Shown: positions 29,198 through 39,024, counted from the stretch's first letter. The stretch: 64,000 bases of DNA from an uncultured virus (IMG/VR IMGVR_UViG_3300006920_000039) (IMGVR_UViG_3300006920_000039); one strand, 5' to 3'. The notes: generated by a model not told the origin, from the letters alone. Program-made: numbers and translations.

Positions 29198-31345
29198 TCA
29201 AGGAGACGAGTAGATCTTTTTCGCTACGGTGACGAGAATCGTAGATCTGATCTCATCTTCCGTAAGAGGTGAGTTCATACGAGCGTTGAAGCTGAGAACA
29301 GATTGCTCGACTTGGGTCAGATCCATACCGCCATCAACCAGAGCCAAGGCGTACTTGATCATCTGGTTGTTTCGGTTGCCTGACGCCATCCGCTGAGCGA
29401 ACCAGCGCTCGAGATTATCGAGAGACTCCAGTTCACTCATAGAGTTGCGGTACTGTTCGTTCTTCGTGGTCTTTGGGATGAACTTCAAAGAGTCGAGGAG
29501 GTCCCCGTCATTGTAATGATGGGTGCCACCATCGAATGTCATCCACTTGCGGGCACGCTGGTTTGCTTGCTCGTCAGCTTTGAATGGCAGCCAATCCATG
29601 ACGTTGTTCATGAACTCTTTGTAGTCGTCCTGATCCAGTGTCAGGACATAGTTGATCGGCAAGATGACCCGGAAGCGGTTCACTTCAGGTGTGTGACGCT
29701 TCGTGGTGTGGGTCATGAACTGGTAGTCTTTCAGGAGGTCGTGAACTGTTGCCAGTTGCACATCCCCATCAAAGTCGATGACGACCATGTTGAAGCCCTC
29801 GATCACATTCTCCTCGGCACGGTGGCCTTTGGTGAAGTGGTGATTTGCCCAGTGCATGTCCTTTGCTTGGGTCAACAGGTGCAGCTGCTTGAAGGCAGCT
29901 TTCTCGGGTTGATAGTTGTAAGCAAAGTGGTCCGAGTACGACAGACGCATCTCGTCTAGGTTGGTCTCCTCAAGCGTGTCACCTGAGAAGAATTCAATAC
30001 CATCCACGAAAGTTTTCCGAATGAGGATGTGCTGCTTGTAGCCCCAGGCAGTCGCCAGGGTCATCATCTCGTTGCGTGCAGCCTGGCCCGACTTATAGAA
30101 CGGAAGGGCTTCGTGCAGATCAGCGTGGGTCAACTCAGTGTCGTTGGCCGCAATGTACTTGGCCAGCTTCACGTAGGTCTTCTCACGGTTCATCAGCTTC
30201 TGGAACGCAACGCCACTTTCCTCGACCAGTTTCATGGAAGAGTGCAGGTGGGACATTGTGATTTCGGAAGACTCATCGACAAATGCCAATGCGCCGGCCA
30301 GTTTGATGCACTTGAAGTACCGGTGAGACATCTCCGCTTTGCGGATATCCTCATGATCGGCCATGCGATCGGCAAGGTCCTCACACTCAATCTTGTAGGT
30401 GAGCAGCTCGATTGCTACGTCGTCCTGGACTTCCATCTCCCAGCCATACTTTGCTGGGTCAGCGAGAAGCGCGAACTGATTGGTCCATGCGTTTGTAGTG
30501 GCAGTGTTTCTGCTCTGTGTAAGCCGCTTGTAGATCTCGGCAGGCGACAGAGAGGCGGAAGCACGTTCATGCTCACCCCATGCAAACAGGCAGCGACGAG
30601 CGTAGCCTATCTCCAGGAAGGAGTAGAAGTGATCCTCAGTGATGCCTCCGTCGAGAAGCTTTAACGGTGTGCCAAACAACAGAGCGTTGGTTGGGGTCTT
30701 GCCCTCAAGCTCTTCGCCCCGGGTGTTCTCCGCGGTATTCTTGATGAGCTTCTGCTTGACCTGTCCTTGATCGTAAAGCTCGAGGAAGACGTTGAGAACA
30801 TCTGTGGAGCCAACAAGATTGGAACCAATCTCATCGATCTGGAGATTGATGGCGCCGCACTTTGCCAGGAGAAGCTTCTGGCGCATCTGCTTGACGGCTG
30901 CTGGAGTGCCTGAATCGAAGGTGAAAGCGAGTGCGCCTGCATCCATGAATTCCCGGTCAAGCTTCTGCTTTTCTTCCTCTTCGGTCTTGCCTGACATGGC
31001 TGCACGTTCGAGAGCCAGACGGGCGAGGTGGCCTTCAGAGATTACCGGAAATGTGTCTTCCATGAAGCGTTTGCGGAAGCCAGCCATGAAGTCAGTTTCC
31101 ATAATACTTATGGAATGGCCTTTTCCAAAGCCGGACGTTGCCAGGGCCAGTGCATAAACATTCACTGGGATCTCTCCCCGGTCCTTTGTCTGGATCGTGG
31201 CACGCATTGAAGCGGCCATCTTGGAGAGGAAATAGGCAACCTCAACACGGAAGAAACCACGGTCGGTTTTCTGGGCTTTATTGCAGAGGATTTCGACAAT
31301 TTCCTCGATCGCAGGGTGGTGGTCTACAGTGTTAAGATCGATCAT
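29198..31345 (-). CDS. DNA primase (N4 gp43-like) with C-terminal PriCT-like domain
   Basis: SGFGKGHS, FDSGTPAAVKQMR, IDEIGSNL, GNRNNQMIKYA; likely start MIDLNTV. Confidence 0.88.
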   Translation of the reverse strand: MIDLNTVDHHPAIEEIVEILCNKAQKTDRGFFRVEVAYFLSKMAASMRATIQTKDRGEIPVNVYALALATSGFGKGHSISIMETDFMAGFRKRFMEDTFPVISEGHLARLALERAAMSGKTEEEEKQKLDREFMDAGALAFTFDSGTPAAVKQMRQKLLLAKCGAINLQIDEIGSNLVGSTDVLNVFLELYDQGQVKQKLIKNTAENTRGEELEGKTPTNALLFGTPLKLLDGGITEDHFYSFLEIGYARRCLFAWGEHERASASLSPAEIYKRLTQSRNTATTNAWTNQFALLADPAKYGWEMEVQDDVAIELLTYKIECEDLADRMADHEDIRKAEMSHRYFKCIKLAGALAFVDESSEITMSHLHSSMKLVEESGVAFQKLMNREKTYVKLAKYIAANDTELTHADLHEALPFYKSGQAARNEMMTLATAWGYKQHILIRKTFVDGIEFFSGDTLEETNLDEMRLSYSDHFAYNYQPEKAAFKQLHLLTQAKDMHWANHHFTKGHRAEENVIEGFNMVVIDFDGDVQLATVHDLLKDYQFMTHTTKRHTPEVNRFRVILPINYVLTLDQDDYKEFMNNVMDWLPFKADEQANQRARKWMTFDGGTHHYNDGDLLDSLKFIPKTTKNEQYRNSMSELESLDNLERWFAQRMASGNRNNQMIKYALALVDGGMDLTQVEQSVLSFNARMNSPLTEDEIRSTILVTVAKKIYSSP

Positions 31346-32330
31346 TTTCAGGGTACTCGTCTTTCTGAGTGCATTCGGTAAAGCCAGGGCAGTAGCCACA
31401 GGCTTTCACCTGGCCGGGAACTGTTATGACAACGCCTTTTCCCGCCTTGTTGCGGTGGGCTGCAGCTGCGGGGTAATTGGCGAAGTTCTTTGTAGATCTT
31501 CCACCTTGTGTGGCTTTTGCGGGGTCAGCGTAGAACTTGTATTGCGGGTCAGATTTCCAGAGATCTTTGTCAGAGCACCGGATCACTTCTGGTTCTGGGA
31601 GGTTCTGGTTGGCAATGATTTCCCGGACCTTGAGACGCATCCAATTCTCGGTCTCTTTGATGTTCATCATCTCCACTTTGAATTCGACAACCCGCTCTTG
31701 GGGGTAATCTCTGCTGGCTCGGGCCATGGACCTTTGCCAGTCGGTGAAGACGTGCTGGATACGCATGATGTCAGAGGTCACCTTGTCTTGGCTGATCCAA
31801 CGATAGATCGAGCCCTGAATTCGGTAGTCCTCTTCCTTCGAGCGATTGATGTAGGCGTAGACGGATGTGGTCTTGGTGTCGTTCAATTCGCCCATGATAA
31901 TCTGGTCGAATTTGCCCGATATGATGATTTCCACACCATCAACTGTGATGGATTTGAAAAACCGTTGCTCGAGATAGACGGGAAGGTCCCCGTCTTCGAC
32001 GGTCTCAGGGTTGATCCTGACACGGTCGATGACTTTCTGGGTGTACCCCAGCTTGAGCATGGCCTCTTGGTAGCCATGGGTCCAGGCTCCCTCGATGCTG
32101 TCATGGATAGCGCGGCCCAATTGGGAGGGGATCATGTCAGATACGTCGACAGTCCGCTCCTTCATGGGCACACGATTTCCCAGGACAAGCTGGCGGGTAG
32201 GCTTCAGCAACGAGGTGGCCGATATCACGTTCTTCCCAGGGAACTGGTCTGCGCCATTGGCGTAGTCGTCATGGGCAAGCCAGACGGACATGCAGAGAGA
32301 CAGATCGGAGTTGTTGGTCATTACGTTCAT
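31332..32330 (-). CDS. PD-(D/E)XK exonuclease (N4 gp42-like)
   Basis: ISATSLLKP, GRAIHDSIE, ISGKFD...DTKTTS, C-terminal CxYC...C. Confidence 0.82.
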   Translation of the reverse strand: MNVMTNNSDLSLCMSVWLAHDDYANGADQFPGKNVISATSLLKPTRQLVLGNRVPMKERTVDVSDMIPSQLGRAIHDSIEGAWTHGYQEAMLKLGYTQKVIDRVRINPETVEDGDLPVYLEQRFFKSITVDGVEIIISGKFDQIIMGELNDTKTTSVYAYINRSKEEDYRIQGSIYRWISQDKVTSDIMRIQHVFTDWQRSMARASRDYPQERVVEFKVEMMNIKETENWMRLKVREIIANQNLPEPEVIRCSDKDLWKSDPQYKFYADPAKATQGGRSTKNFANYPAAAAHRNKAGKGVVITVPGQVKACGYCPGFTECTQKDEYPENDRS

Positions 32331-32379
32331 GGATCACCTCTTGGTGTTGCAGAAGGAGGCTTCAGCCCCAAAAAAAGAC

Positions 32380-32682
32380 TCAGGAGTCTAAAGATTCTGG
32401 CTGCATGTCGTGGAAAGCCCGGCGAGGCATGTGACCCAGGTAGCTGATGTTCAGGAACACCAGGTCTTTGGTGGACTCACGGTCGACACCCATCTCTTCA
32501 AAGAGACGTTGTGTGATGGCGAGCTGAGCGTTGTTCAGGGCCGCAGCTGTGATCTTCCGTTCCTGGAGTTCCAACACGATATTCATCGTGCGTCGACGGA
32601 TTGCACCGTCACGCTCAAAGTTGGCTTCGACCGAGGCGATGTAGAAATACATGGCACGGCTTTGGACTTCAGACTTAGACAT
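32380..32682 (-). CDS. Hypothetical protein conserved in N4-like replication regions
   Basis: DLVFLNISYLGHM motif; synteny. Confidence 0.65.
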   Translation of the reverse strand: MSKSEVQSRAMYFYIASVEANFERDGAIRRRTMNIVLELQERKITAAALNNAQLAITQRLFEEMGVDRESTKDLVFLNISYLGHMPRRAFHDMQPESLDS

Positions 32683-32718
32683 TGGGGAATCTTTCTAGTT
32701 GATTATCGGGGGATAATA

Positions 32719-35322
32719 TCAAGCGGTTTCAGCACAGTATTTCAAGTGATGTTTATAAGCAAGATCGTTGATAGTTTCACTTGATGCTTCGATTGGGAGT
32801 GTCATCTCCGCTGACCAATCAGGGTAAAAGACCCCTAATTGCCCGCTGAGTTTGACGGCATCATGTTGGATATCTGGGTGATCTTGCCACTGCACAGCCT
32901 CGACTAAATGCTTGTTTACATAGCGTAAAACAGGCATCGCATCAGGGATGACGTAGTAGCCTGCGTCATGGATTTGAGCGCAGGGCCGTATATCCAGGCG
33001 ATATTCACCAGATCTAACGACCTTCATGAACTCTTTGTGGGCCCGGCTATTGAGGAGACACCAAGACTGTCCCAAAGCATTGCCCGCTGAGCGACCTTCG
33101 GCCTCTGCTTCATAGGGTGTGCCTCGGTTTCCGAGGATGGTCTGCTTCAGCAGAGGGGTCCGGACTTTGAGACCAAAGGCACCCGTGATGAAACCGGTCT
33201 TTGAGGCTTCATGGATGCGGGCAGCAACCCACTCGTCTGAGACCCGGTACAGCTCGTGGTACTGGTTCTCGATGTGGCGTGCCAAGGGCTCGGTGAACCC
33301 TGAGTTGTTGATCAGGGTGATGTAGGTCCCTTGGTAAGTGAGGGCAAAAGTCGGAGCTTTAGAATCCTGCCGTTCATTGGGGTATTTCTTGCCGATCGAG
33401 TTGATGCTGGCCACTGAGTCTGGATCAATGTCAGACATCCGCTCGGTGAAATACGAGTAGGCCCTCAAAGAGTGCCCGTCATACCCATCCGTGTAGACCT
33501 TCAGCTTATTGGGATCGTTTGTTGTGAGAGCTGAAATCTTGTCCTCAAGGGAGTCGAAATCCAGACCAATAAACAGAAAACCAGGAGGGGCTTTGAAACA
33601 CTTCTTGACCAGCTTAGCCCATTTGCCTTTGGCCGGTAGGTTCTGCAGGTTGGGTCCCGATGAGGACAGGCGACCGGACAGAGTTCCACCAAGGTTGAAG
33701 TTGCCAAAGAGCCAGTGCCAACCATTGTCATCCGGCGCCGCTTTGAGGAACGCAGGAATGAAGCTGGTGAGGAGCTTATCGACGCCTTTGAACTCCAGCA
33801 AAGCTTGCAGAAACTCCAGTATCTCTGGATCCTCTGTGTGGTTCAGAAGCTTCTCGAGAGTTTCCCCTCCAGTGGCCGGCTGCTTTGTATCGGTGAGATC
33901 CAGAACAGGCAGGTCAAGCTGCTCAAAGAGGAACCGCTGAAGCTGCGGGCCCGAGTTGGGATTGAAGGGTACATCGACATCAGCAAGCGTGATGCGCTTG
34001 ACCTTGTATTCTGCGTTCTTCTTGAGAACTAAGGCCTCATTCTCCGTGTAGAGGAACTCCTGCAGGAGAATGTTGTTGTTCATCTCAGCGACAGCTTTGT
34101 CGGAATGAGTTTGCAACTCGATCTCGAGACGCTTTACCTCTTCCATATCAATGGGAAGGCCAGTGAGCTGCATCTGGATTATGTCCCAAATGCAGGGCTG
34201 GAACAGCTCGTTATAGATCTCGAGCTGCTCGTCCTGGACCATGGTGGGCCAGTGCTTGTTGAAGACGAACCAGGTGGAAAGGGTATCCACCAGATTGTAC
34301 CGCAACAGGACGTCCAAAGGTATCATGGTGATATCTTTGATGTCACCCACAGCGTAGTTGCCTGCGAACTCCTGGGCCTGGTCTTTCAGACCTAGTTTGT
34401 TACCGGCACACGAGTTGGTGGCGAGGTATGTGATGAGCTTGGTGCAGTGCCAGTTGTTGAGAAGAACTGCTTGGCCATCTAGGAGACCTTTCGTGTCGAG
34501 GAGGTCATCCATAAAGAGTTGATAAACAAGCACATAGACATCAAAGCTGATGTTGTGCCAGATCATCTTATGTTTGAAGGCGCGGAAGAACTCCTTCAGC
34601 AACTCTCGCACAGGCCCATTGACTACGGCTCTGCCGTAGGGGGCTGATGTGGCACCGGGGATTGGCTCATAGTCAACTGCGAAGGAAACACCTTCGCTCT
34701 CATTCCATGCAAAGCTGATGGTGCCTATGCCGGCTTCATGATGCTTCAGAGAGAATGTCTCGATGTCTGCCGATAGAGCGCAGTTCATATCCAACAAAAG
34801 CTGGAGCCAGGATCTGATGTCAGCCGTGGTTGAAGGGTAGGAGCCAGACTTGATGATCTCGTAGCCCGGGGGAAGGTAGGTATCCTGCCGGTGCATTGCG
34901 AGAGCACGCAGGGCAGCACTGATATTCGTTTTGATACGGTCTGGATCGTAAAAGATCGTCTTGTAATTTGGGCAGTAGATGACCTTGAAGCGGCCACAGA
35001 CACTATCCAGAACGTATCCTAGAGCAGCATCTGCTTTGGGGGATTTGGTGAGGGTTTTGAAATACTCTGCATCACAGGTGACGAGGTATTTGACATGCAG
35101 ATCCTCCAGAATTGGGAGGAGCTGCTCGAGGTACTCCCGTTGGAGTTTCACTGGGGTCTTCTTGCCCTGTTGGAACAGGTCATAGGCCAGCAGGTGTTCA
35201 CGCTCATTATCGAGAAACGGCTCGACATAGTGTCGGTCGATATCTGCCATATGTAGCGAGGGGACAAGGAAGCATATCTCGTAAGAGTTGCGCTCTTGCT
35301 TCGTAAAGGTGAGATATTTCAT
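32719..35322 (-). CDS. Family A DNA polymerase (N4 gp39-like)
   Basis: 3'-5' exo DIET and HNISFD; GRLSSSGPNLQNLP; motif A DFDSLE, B RQDSKAPTFALTYQG, C QIHDA. Confidence 0.96.
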   Translation of the reverse strand: MKYLTFTKQERNSYEICFLVPSLHMADIDRHYVEPFLDNEREHLLAYDLFQQGKKTPVKLQREYLEQLLPILEDLHVKYLVTCDAEYFKTLTKSPKADAALGYVLDSVCGRFKVIYCPNYKTIFYDPDRIKTNISAALRALAMHRQDTYLPPGYEIIKSGSYPSTTADIRSWLQLLLDMNCALSADIETFSLKHHEAGIGTISFAWNESEGVSFAVDYEPIPGATSAPYGRAVVNGPVRELLKEFFRAFKHKMIWHNISFDVYVLVYQLFMDDLLDTKGLLDGQAVLLNNWHCTKLITYLATNSCAGNKLGLKDQAQEFAGNYAVGDIKDITMIPLDVLLRYNLVDTLSTWFVFNKHWPTMVQDEQLEIYNELFQPCIWDIIQMQLTGLPIDMEEVKRLEIELQTHSDKAVAEMNNNILLQEFLYTENEALVLKKNAEYKVKRITLADVDVPFNPNSGPQLQRFLFEQLDLPVLDLTDTKQPATGGETLEKLLNHTEDPEILEFLQALLEFKGVDKLLTSFIPAFLKAAPDDNGWHWLFGNFNLGGTLSGRLSSSGPNLQNLPAKGKWAKLVKKCFKAPPGFLFIGLDFDSLEDKISALTTNDPNKLKVYTDGYDGHSLRAYSYFTERMSDIDPDSVASINSIGKKYPNERQDSKAPTFALTYQGTYITLINNSGFTEPLARHIENQYHELYRVSDEWVAARIHEASKTGFITGAFGLKVRTPLLKQTILGNRGTPYEAEAEGRSAGNALGQSWCLLNSRAHKEFMKVVRSGEYRLDIRPCAQIHDAGYYVIPDAMPVLRYVNKHLVEAVQWQDHPDIQHDAVKLSGQLGVFYPDWSAEMTLPIEASSETINDLAYKHHLKYCAETA

Positions 35323-35846
35323 TAATATATCAACTGGTTGGCTGTGTAAGCGAGGGCTATTTTCACAGCTTGTTCAAATTGGCGGTGCAGCACAGGAGTG
35401 GACTCCAGGAGGTGTCCTTCTTCTCTGGATCTTGCCAGCGACTGCAGCTCGGGGATGTATCTGATCAAGACTTCAGGGAATGCGTCCCGTAGATCCTGCT
35501 TGTCGCGGCATCGAGGGAGAACCACAGTCAGTGACTGACGGAGTTTCTTGATGTCGCGTTTCAAGTCATCACGACACTGCCGATAGAATTCTGCATCATC
35601 AAAGAGCGAGAAATGGATGGGGGAGATTTGCGCACCACGCAGATAGAATGGCTTCTTGAGGCAGTAGGTTTCGCCCCCATGGAGGAAGCCATCTTCGTGG
35701 CCACCAGCGGTGAAATTCTTGAGGATCAATGCCTTTAGGATAGCATCCAGGCGACGCCATTCAGGCATGATCAGACCAGAGACCACTGGGTCCAGGAGTT
35801 CCATGACAGGGTTGACGTATATGGGATTGCGATATTGGGCAGACAT
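35322..35846 (-). CDS. Hypothetical protein (N4 gp38 position)
   Basis: QDLRDAFPE motif; TAATG coupling to the polymerase; GGAG RBS. Confidence 0.7.
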   Translation of the reverse strand: MSAQYRNPIYVNPVMELLDPVVSGLIMPEWRRLDAILKALILKNFTAGGHEDGFLHGGETYCLKKPFYLRGAQISPIHFSLFDDAEFYRQCRDDLKRDIKKLRQSLTVVLPRCRDKQDLRDAFPEVLIRYIPELQSLARSREEGHLLESTPVLHRQFEQAVKIALAYTANQLIY

Positions 35847-35872
35847 TGGGAAACTCCTCAATGGAGGTGGGT

Positions 35873-36142
35873 TTAAGTGAAGTCGTCGTCCTCCCAGTCA
35901 GGGTGAACCCAAGCAGGAGGACCGAACTCACCAAGGGGATTATGCTGAGCGGCAAACTCGATATCGTCAGCAAGGATCAGGGCGTAATCGGAGGAGATCG
36001 TCAGCGTGATCTGGTCGTAGTCATCAAGTGCGAGAGCTCGCAAGATGTCTGGAAACTCTGACCGGACAGCGAGGCAGTCCCGTTCAATTTGGGACAAATC
36101 GGCTATCTGATCGAGGCCGAACAACTTCTCGAGGTTGGTCAT
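35873..36142 (-). CDS. Hypothetical acidic protein
   Basis: GGAG RBS before MTNLEKLFG; 89 aa. Confidence 0.55.
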   Translation of the reverse strand: MTNLEKLFGLDQIADLSQIERDCLAVRSEFPDILRALALDDYDQITLTISSDYALILADDIEFAAQHNPLGEFGPPAWVHPDWEDDDFT

Positions 36143-36152
36143 AACTTCTCCA

Positions 36153-37460
36153 TTAAAAGAGGCGATCTGGAAGCTGGCCAAACAAGAACAGACGTGTGGT
36201 TGCACGAGAGGCACCGACGTAGAGCATCCGTGCCAGCTGATCTTCCTTGGTGCATTTGCCGATGTTGCCGAGATCCAGGAACACGGACTTGTAGGTGCTG
36301 CCCTGGGCCTTGTAGACGGTGGCCGCATCCTTCTGACGAAGGTCAGGGAAGTTGTTCTTGAGGAAGTAGAATTTCGTCCAGTCTTTGATCCTGGCGAAGT
36401 GCTTCATCATCGCTTTGTAGTGATCCGTATTGGACGGGATCATCACGGAGATGGGGGAACCACCAGGTGTGCTAAGTTCGACCCGATAGACATCGATCGT
36501 GGCGTTAGGGTCTGTGGCATCGAGAGAATGGGGTGCAGGCGTAGAGAGAACCTTGTTGACTGTGAGTTCCTGCTCAACACGCAGAAAGGTTTTGCCGAGC
36601 TGGATGCCGGAGTTGTTGATCAGGACTTCACCCTCGGTGAACAGATCAGGGTAACCCCTTAGATTTCGGACATAGTCGTTATACTCTTGGACCCGGGCAT
36701 TGGTGTAACAGAGCATCCGGCAGCCAGGGTTCTCGACTTTGAATGTGGTGTCGATGAACTGCTGAGCGGACGGGCCGTCGAGATAATCGATGACACCAGG
36801 AACCGATGGGAGCTGGAAGAACTTCCCAGTTTCGACGGTGTTGCGGAGACGTGCGCACAGATCAACGAGGGCAGGCTGGCCCGCATTCCTCATTGGTTCC
36901 GTCAGATTGACGAAGTTCTTGGGGTGCTTGTAGACCGGGGAGATGGTCTCAAAGACCGGTGCCATCTGGCAGTGGTCACCCAGATAGATGATTTTGCAGC
37001 TGGAATCTGTGCCGAGCAAGATGAAGTCATGCAGCTTGGTGTCGATCATCGAGGCTTCGTCAACGAAGATGAGCTGGTTCTTATGCACTTTCCAGGAGTT
37101 GGTCCGGGTGATCGAAGAGACACCTGTGGTGTAGTTGTCCACGACCTTCAGGTTCATGAAGCTGTGGACTGTCGTGGCAGGGAAGCCCGTAGCTACGCTG
37201 AGGACTTCGACTGCTTTGTTAGTCGTGGCAGTGAGAGCTACCTCATAGTCGATGGGCGTTTGCCCAAGAAGCTTGGAGGCGTTTGTGTACTCCTGGATCA
37301 CGGTTTTCATGATGTGGTTCATCAAGAAGGTTTTGCCGGTGCCAGCAGGACCGGAGACAATGAACTCTTTGTCGTCTGAGAACAGGAACTGGAATATGCC
37401 AGCGACGGCTTTTTGTTGATCTGAGTTCAGACTTGGGACGATTGGGGCAGAATGTAGCAT
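36153..37460 (-). CDS. Dda/RecD-like SF1B DNA helicase (N4 gp37-like)
   Basis: GPAGTGKT, DEASM, LGDHCQMAPV, TVYKAQGSTY, YVGASRA. Confidence 0.93.
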   Translation of the reverse strand: MLHSAPIVPSLNSDQQKAVAGIFQFLFSDDKEFIVSGPAGTGKTFLMNHIMKTVIQEYTNASKLLGQTPIDYEVALTATTNKAVEVLSVATGFPATTVHSFMNLKVVDNYTTGVSSITRTNSWKVHKNQLIFVDEASMIDTKLHDFILLGTDSSCKIIYLGDHCQMAPVFETISPVYKHPKNFVNLTEPMRNAGQPALVDLCARLRNTVETGKFFQLPSVPGVIDYLDGPSAQQFIDTTFKVENPGCRMLCYTNARVQEYNDYVRNLRGYPDLFTEGEVLINNSGIQLGKTFLRVEQELTVNKVLSTPAPHSLDATDPNATIDVYRVELSTPGGSPISVMIPSNTDHYKAMMKHFARIKDWTKFYFLKNNFPDLRQKDAATVYKAQGSTYKSVFLDLGNIGKCTKEDQLARMLYVGASRATTRLFLFGQLPDRLF

Positions 37461-37494
37461 AAGATTTGAGCTTTCTATGGGGGGAGCGGCCCCA

Positions 37495-37707
37495 TCAAAT
37501 TGTGGTTCGGCTGGCTCCGGCTGAGGATTTCATCTTGAGTTCGTGGTCTTCCCGGCAGACAGAATCGCAGTAGCGACGTTCACTGACGGGTTCGCCGCAG
37601 GAGAGGCACGACCCAGAAAAGGGAATGGAGAGGGTTTTGCGATTATGCAGAGAGAGGCTGATATGCTTCTCTGTGATGTCTTGGGCTATGTCGCCAAAGT
37701 CTGCCAT
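37495..37707 (-). CDS. TraR/DksA-like C4 zinc-finger protein
   Basis: N-terminal DxxDxA (MADFGDIA), CLSC...YCDSVC; 70 aa; AAGGA RBS. Confidence 0.7.
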   Translation of the reverse strand: MADFGDIAQDITEKHISLSLHNRKTLSIPFSGSCLSCGEPVSERRYCDSVCREDHELKMKSSAGASRTTI

Positions 37708-37821
37708 GGATTTATCCTTGTTAATTCTGCTTGATCTTTGGCAGATAACAAGATGATCCGAAGAAAAGATAGTCCTAATCAACCAATTCTATTTATCTAG
37801 ATTGGGATCAGTGTGTTTCAC

Positions 37822-37853
37822 AAAAAAAGACCCCCGAGAGAAACTCTCGGAGG
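37822..37853 (-). terminator. Rho-independent terminator after the H-NS-like gene
   Basis: CCGAGAG/CTCTCGG stem with a T7 run on the minus strand. Confidence 0.75.
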
Positions 37854-37881
37854 CCGACCTTGCACAAAGTGCGGTCGAAAA

Positions 37882-38199
37882 TTAAGCGCCTGGGATACGA
37901 AGCTTTTCGGGGTCGTTAGCTTCTGTGAACCAGGTAGGAGCGTCGCCTTTGCCAGACCAGGTCTGACGAGGGTTCGCTGGGTTGCGGTAGATGGCGGGGG
38001 CCTTACCGCGTTTAGCTGTAACACGAATTGCTGCAACGACTTCATCGAAGCCGAGCTCAAATTCAGTAACGAGACTCTGTATTTTATTCAGAGCATCACG
38101 CTTTTTGGCATCCAAGCGTTTGTCAACGAATGACTTCAGCTTGGACTGCATATTAACAAGTTCCTCGAGGGATAAATCTTTAAAATCATTGGGTTGCAT
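37882..38199 (-). CDS. hns: H-NS family protein (HvrA/Spb-like), variant DNA-binding motif
   Basis: N-terminal coiled coil (DLSLEEL), C-terminal YRNPANPRQTWSGKGDAPTW. Confidence 0.88.
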   Translation of the reverse strand: MQPNDFKDLSLEELVNMQSKLKSFVDKRLDAKKRDALNKIQSLVTEFELGFDEVVAAIRVTAKRGKAPAIYRNPANPRQTWSGKGDAPTWFTEANDPEKLRIPGA

Positions 38200-38200
38200 C

Positions 38201-38695
38201 TTAAATCCTTCCCGTAAATTTAGCCAAGTCCGGTGGGTAGTAACCCGGGCCCTTCATGATCTTCATCTGATCGTTGAAAATTGGTTTGCCGTTTGCACCA
38301 AACTTAGAATCATTTGAGCAAGCGACCTCATTTAGCGCACCTTCGATGTCCATGCCAAGCATGTGAGCTACGCCCACAGACGTGACAATTTGATCGGCGA
38401 GTGCATCGAGTAGCGCAGTGCGGTCGAGATCCTGTAGGGCGATCTCTGCACCTCCGGTGTAGGCTTTGAGTTGGCGTTGGGTGAAGTCGACAACATCGAC
38501 ACACAGACCAAGCTGTTCTCGTACAGGAAATGTAGATCCTGCATCACGAAGAGTTTCTAGCATCTCTCCGACTTCTTCCATATGCACACCAAGCTGGGCG
38601 TGAATATTCTTCGCGTTTGGTTTTGGAACCGCAGATTCAAACCAAGACTTGATCTGGCGGATAGTGGATAATGATTGGGACTGATTAACGCTCAT
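38201..38695 (-). CDS. MazG-like nucleoside triphosphate pyrophosphohydrolase
   Basis: EEVGEM...LLDALAD...EVACSNDSKF...KIMKGPGY. Confidence 0.85.
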   Translation of the reverse strand: MSVNQSQSLSTIRQIKSWFESAVPKPNAKNIHAQLGVHMEEVGEMLETLRDAGSTFPVREQLGLCVDVVDFTQRQLKAYTGGAEIALQDLDRTALLDALADQIVTSVGVAHMLGMDIEGALNEVACSNDSKFGANGKPIFNDQMKIMKGPGYYPPDLAKFTGRI

Positions 38696-38839
38696 AAAAT
38701 CACCGGTCGGTTGTTCATTATTTTGTACGATCAATGGATCAGGTTCGAAACAATGCAAAGGTTTGAATGTGGTTGTCAAGTAGGAGTTACAAAGAAATAT
38801 CAAATTGATAATGGGGGAAGAGGAGCCAAAAAGATCGCG

Positions 38840-38863
38840 GGGACCCGATTGGGACCCGCTTCG
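38840..38863. repeat. Left arm-type integrase binding repeats
   Basis: GGGACCCG at 38840 and 38851. Confidence 0.7.
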
Positions 38864-38940
38864 AGTGTTTTGGGGTGTTTTGGGCGTGCACTAAATGGCA
38901 CTTTATAACTGTAAAGTATGCCATATGTAGCACTGGCATA

Positions 38941-38988
38941 GCCCTCCGAAGGCAGAGGCCGGGCGTTCGAATCGCCCCGGGTGCACCA
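38941..38988 (+). mobile_element. attP core: 3' portion of tRNA-Arg(CCG)
   Basis: GCCCT-CCG-AAGGCAGAGGCCGGGCGTTCGAATCGCCCCGGGTGCACCA contains the anticodon loop, T arm, acceptor 3' strand and CCA; no 5' half upstream; 63 bp from the integrase stop. Confidence 0.9.
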
Positions 38989-39024
38989 ACAAAATAAGGC
39001 TTTTGAGAGACACCAGAGTTTCTG

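Noticed and set aside
31281..32447. 388-aa plus-strand ORF
   Set aside because: Antisense shadow of the exonuclease gene
38912..38988. Complete phage tRNA-Arg gene
   Set aside because: The 5' acceptor strand (GCACCCG) and D arm are missing; better explained as attP
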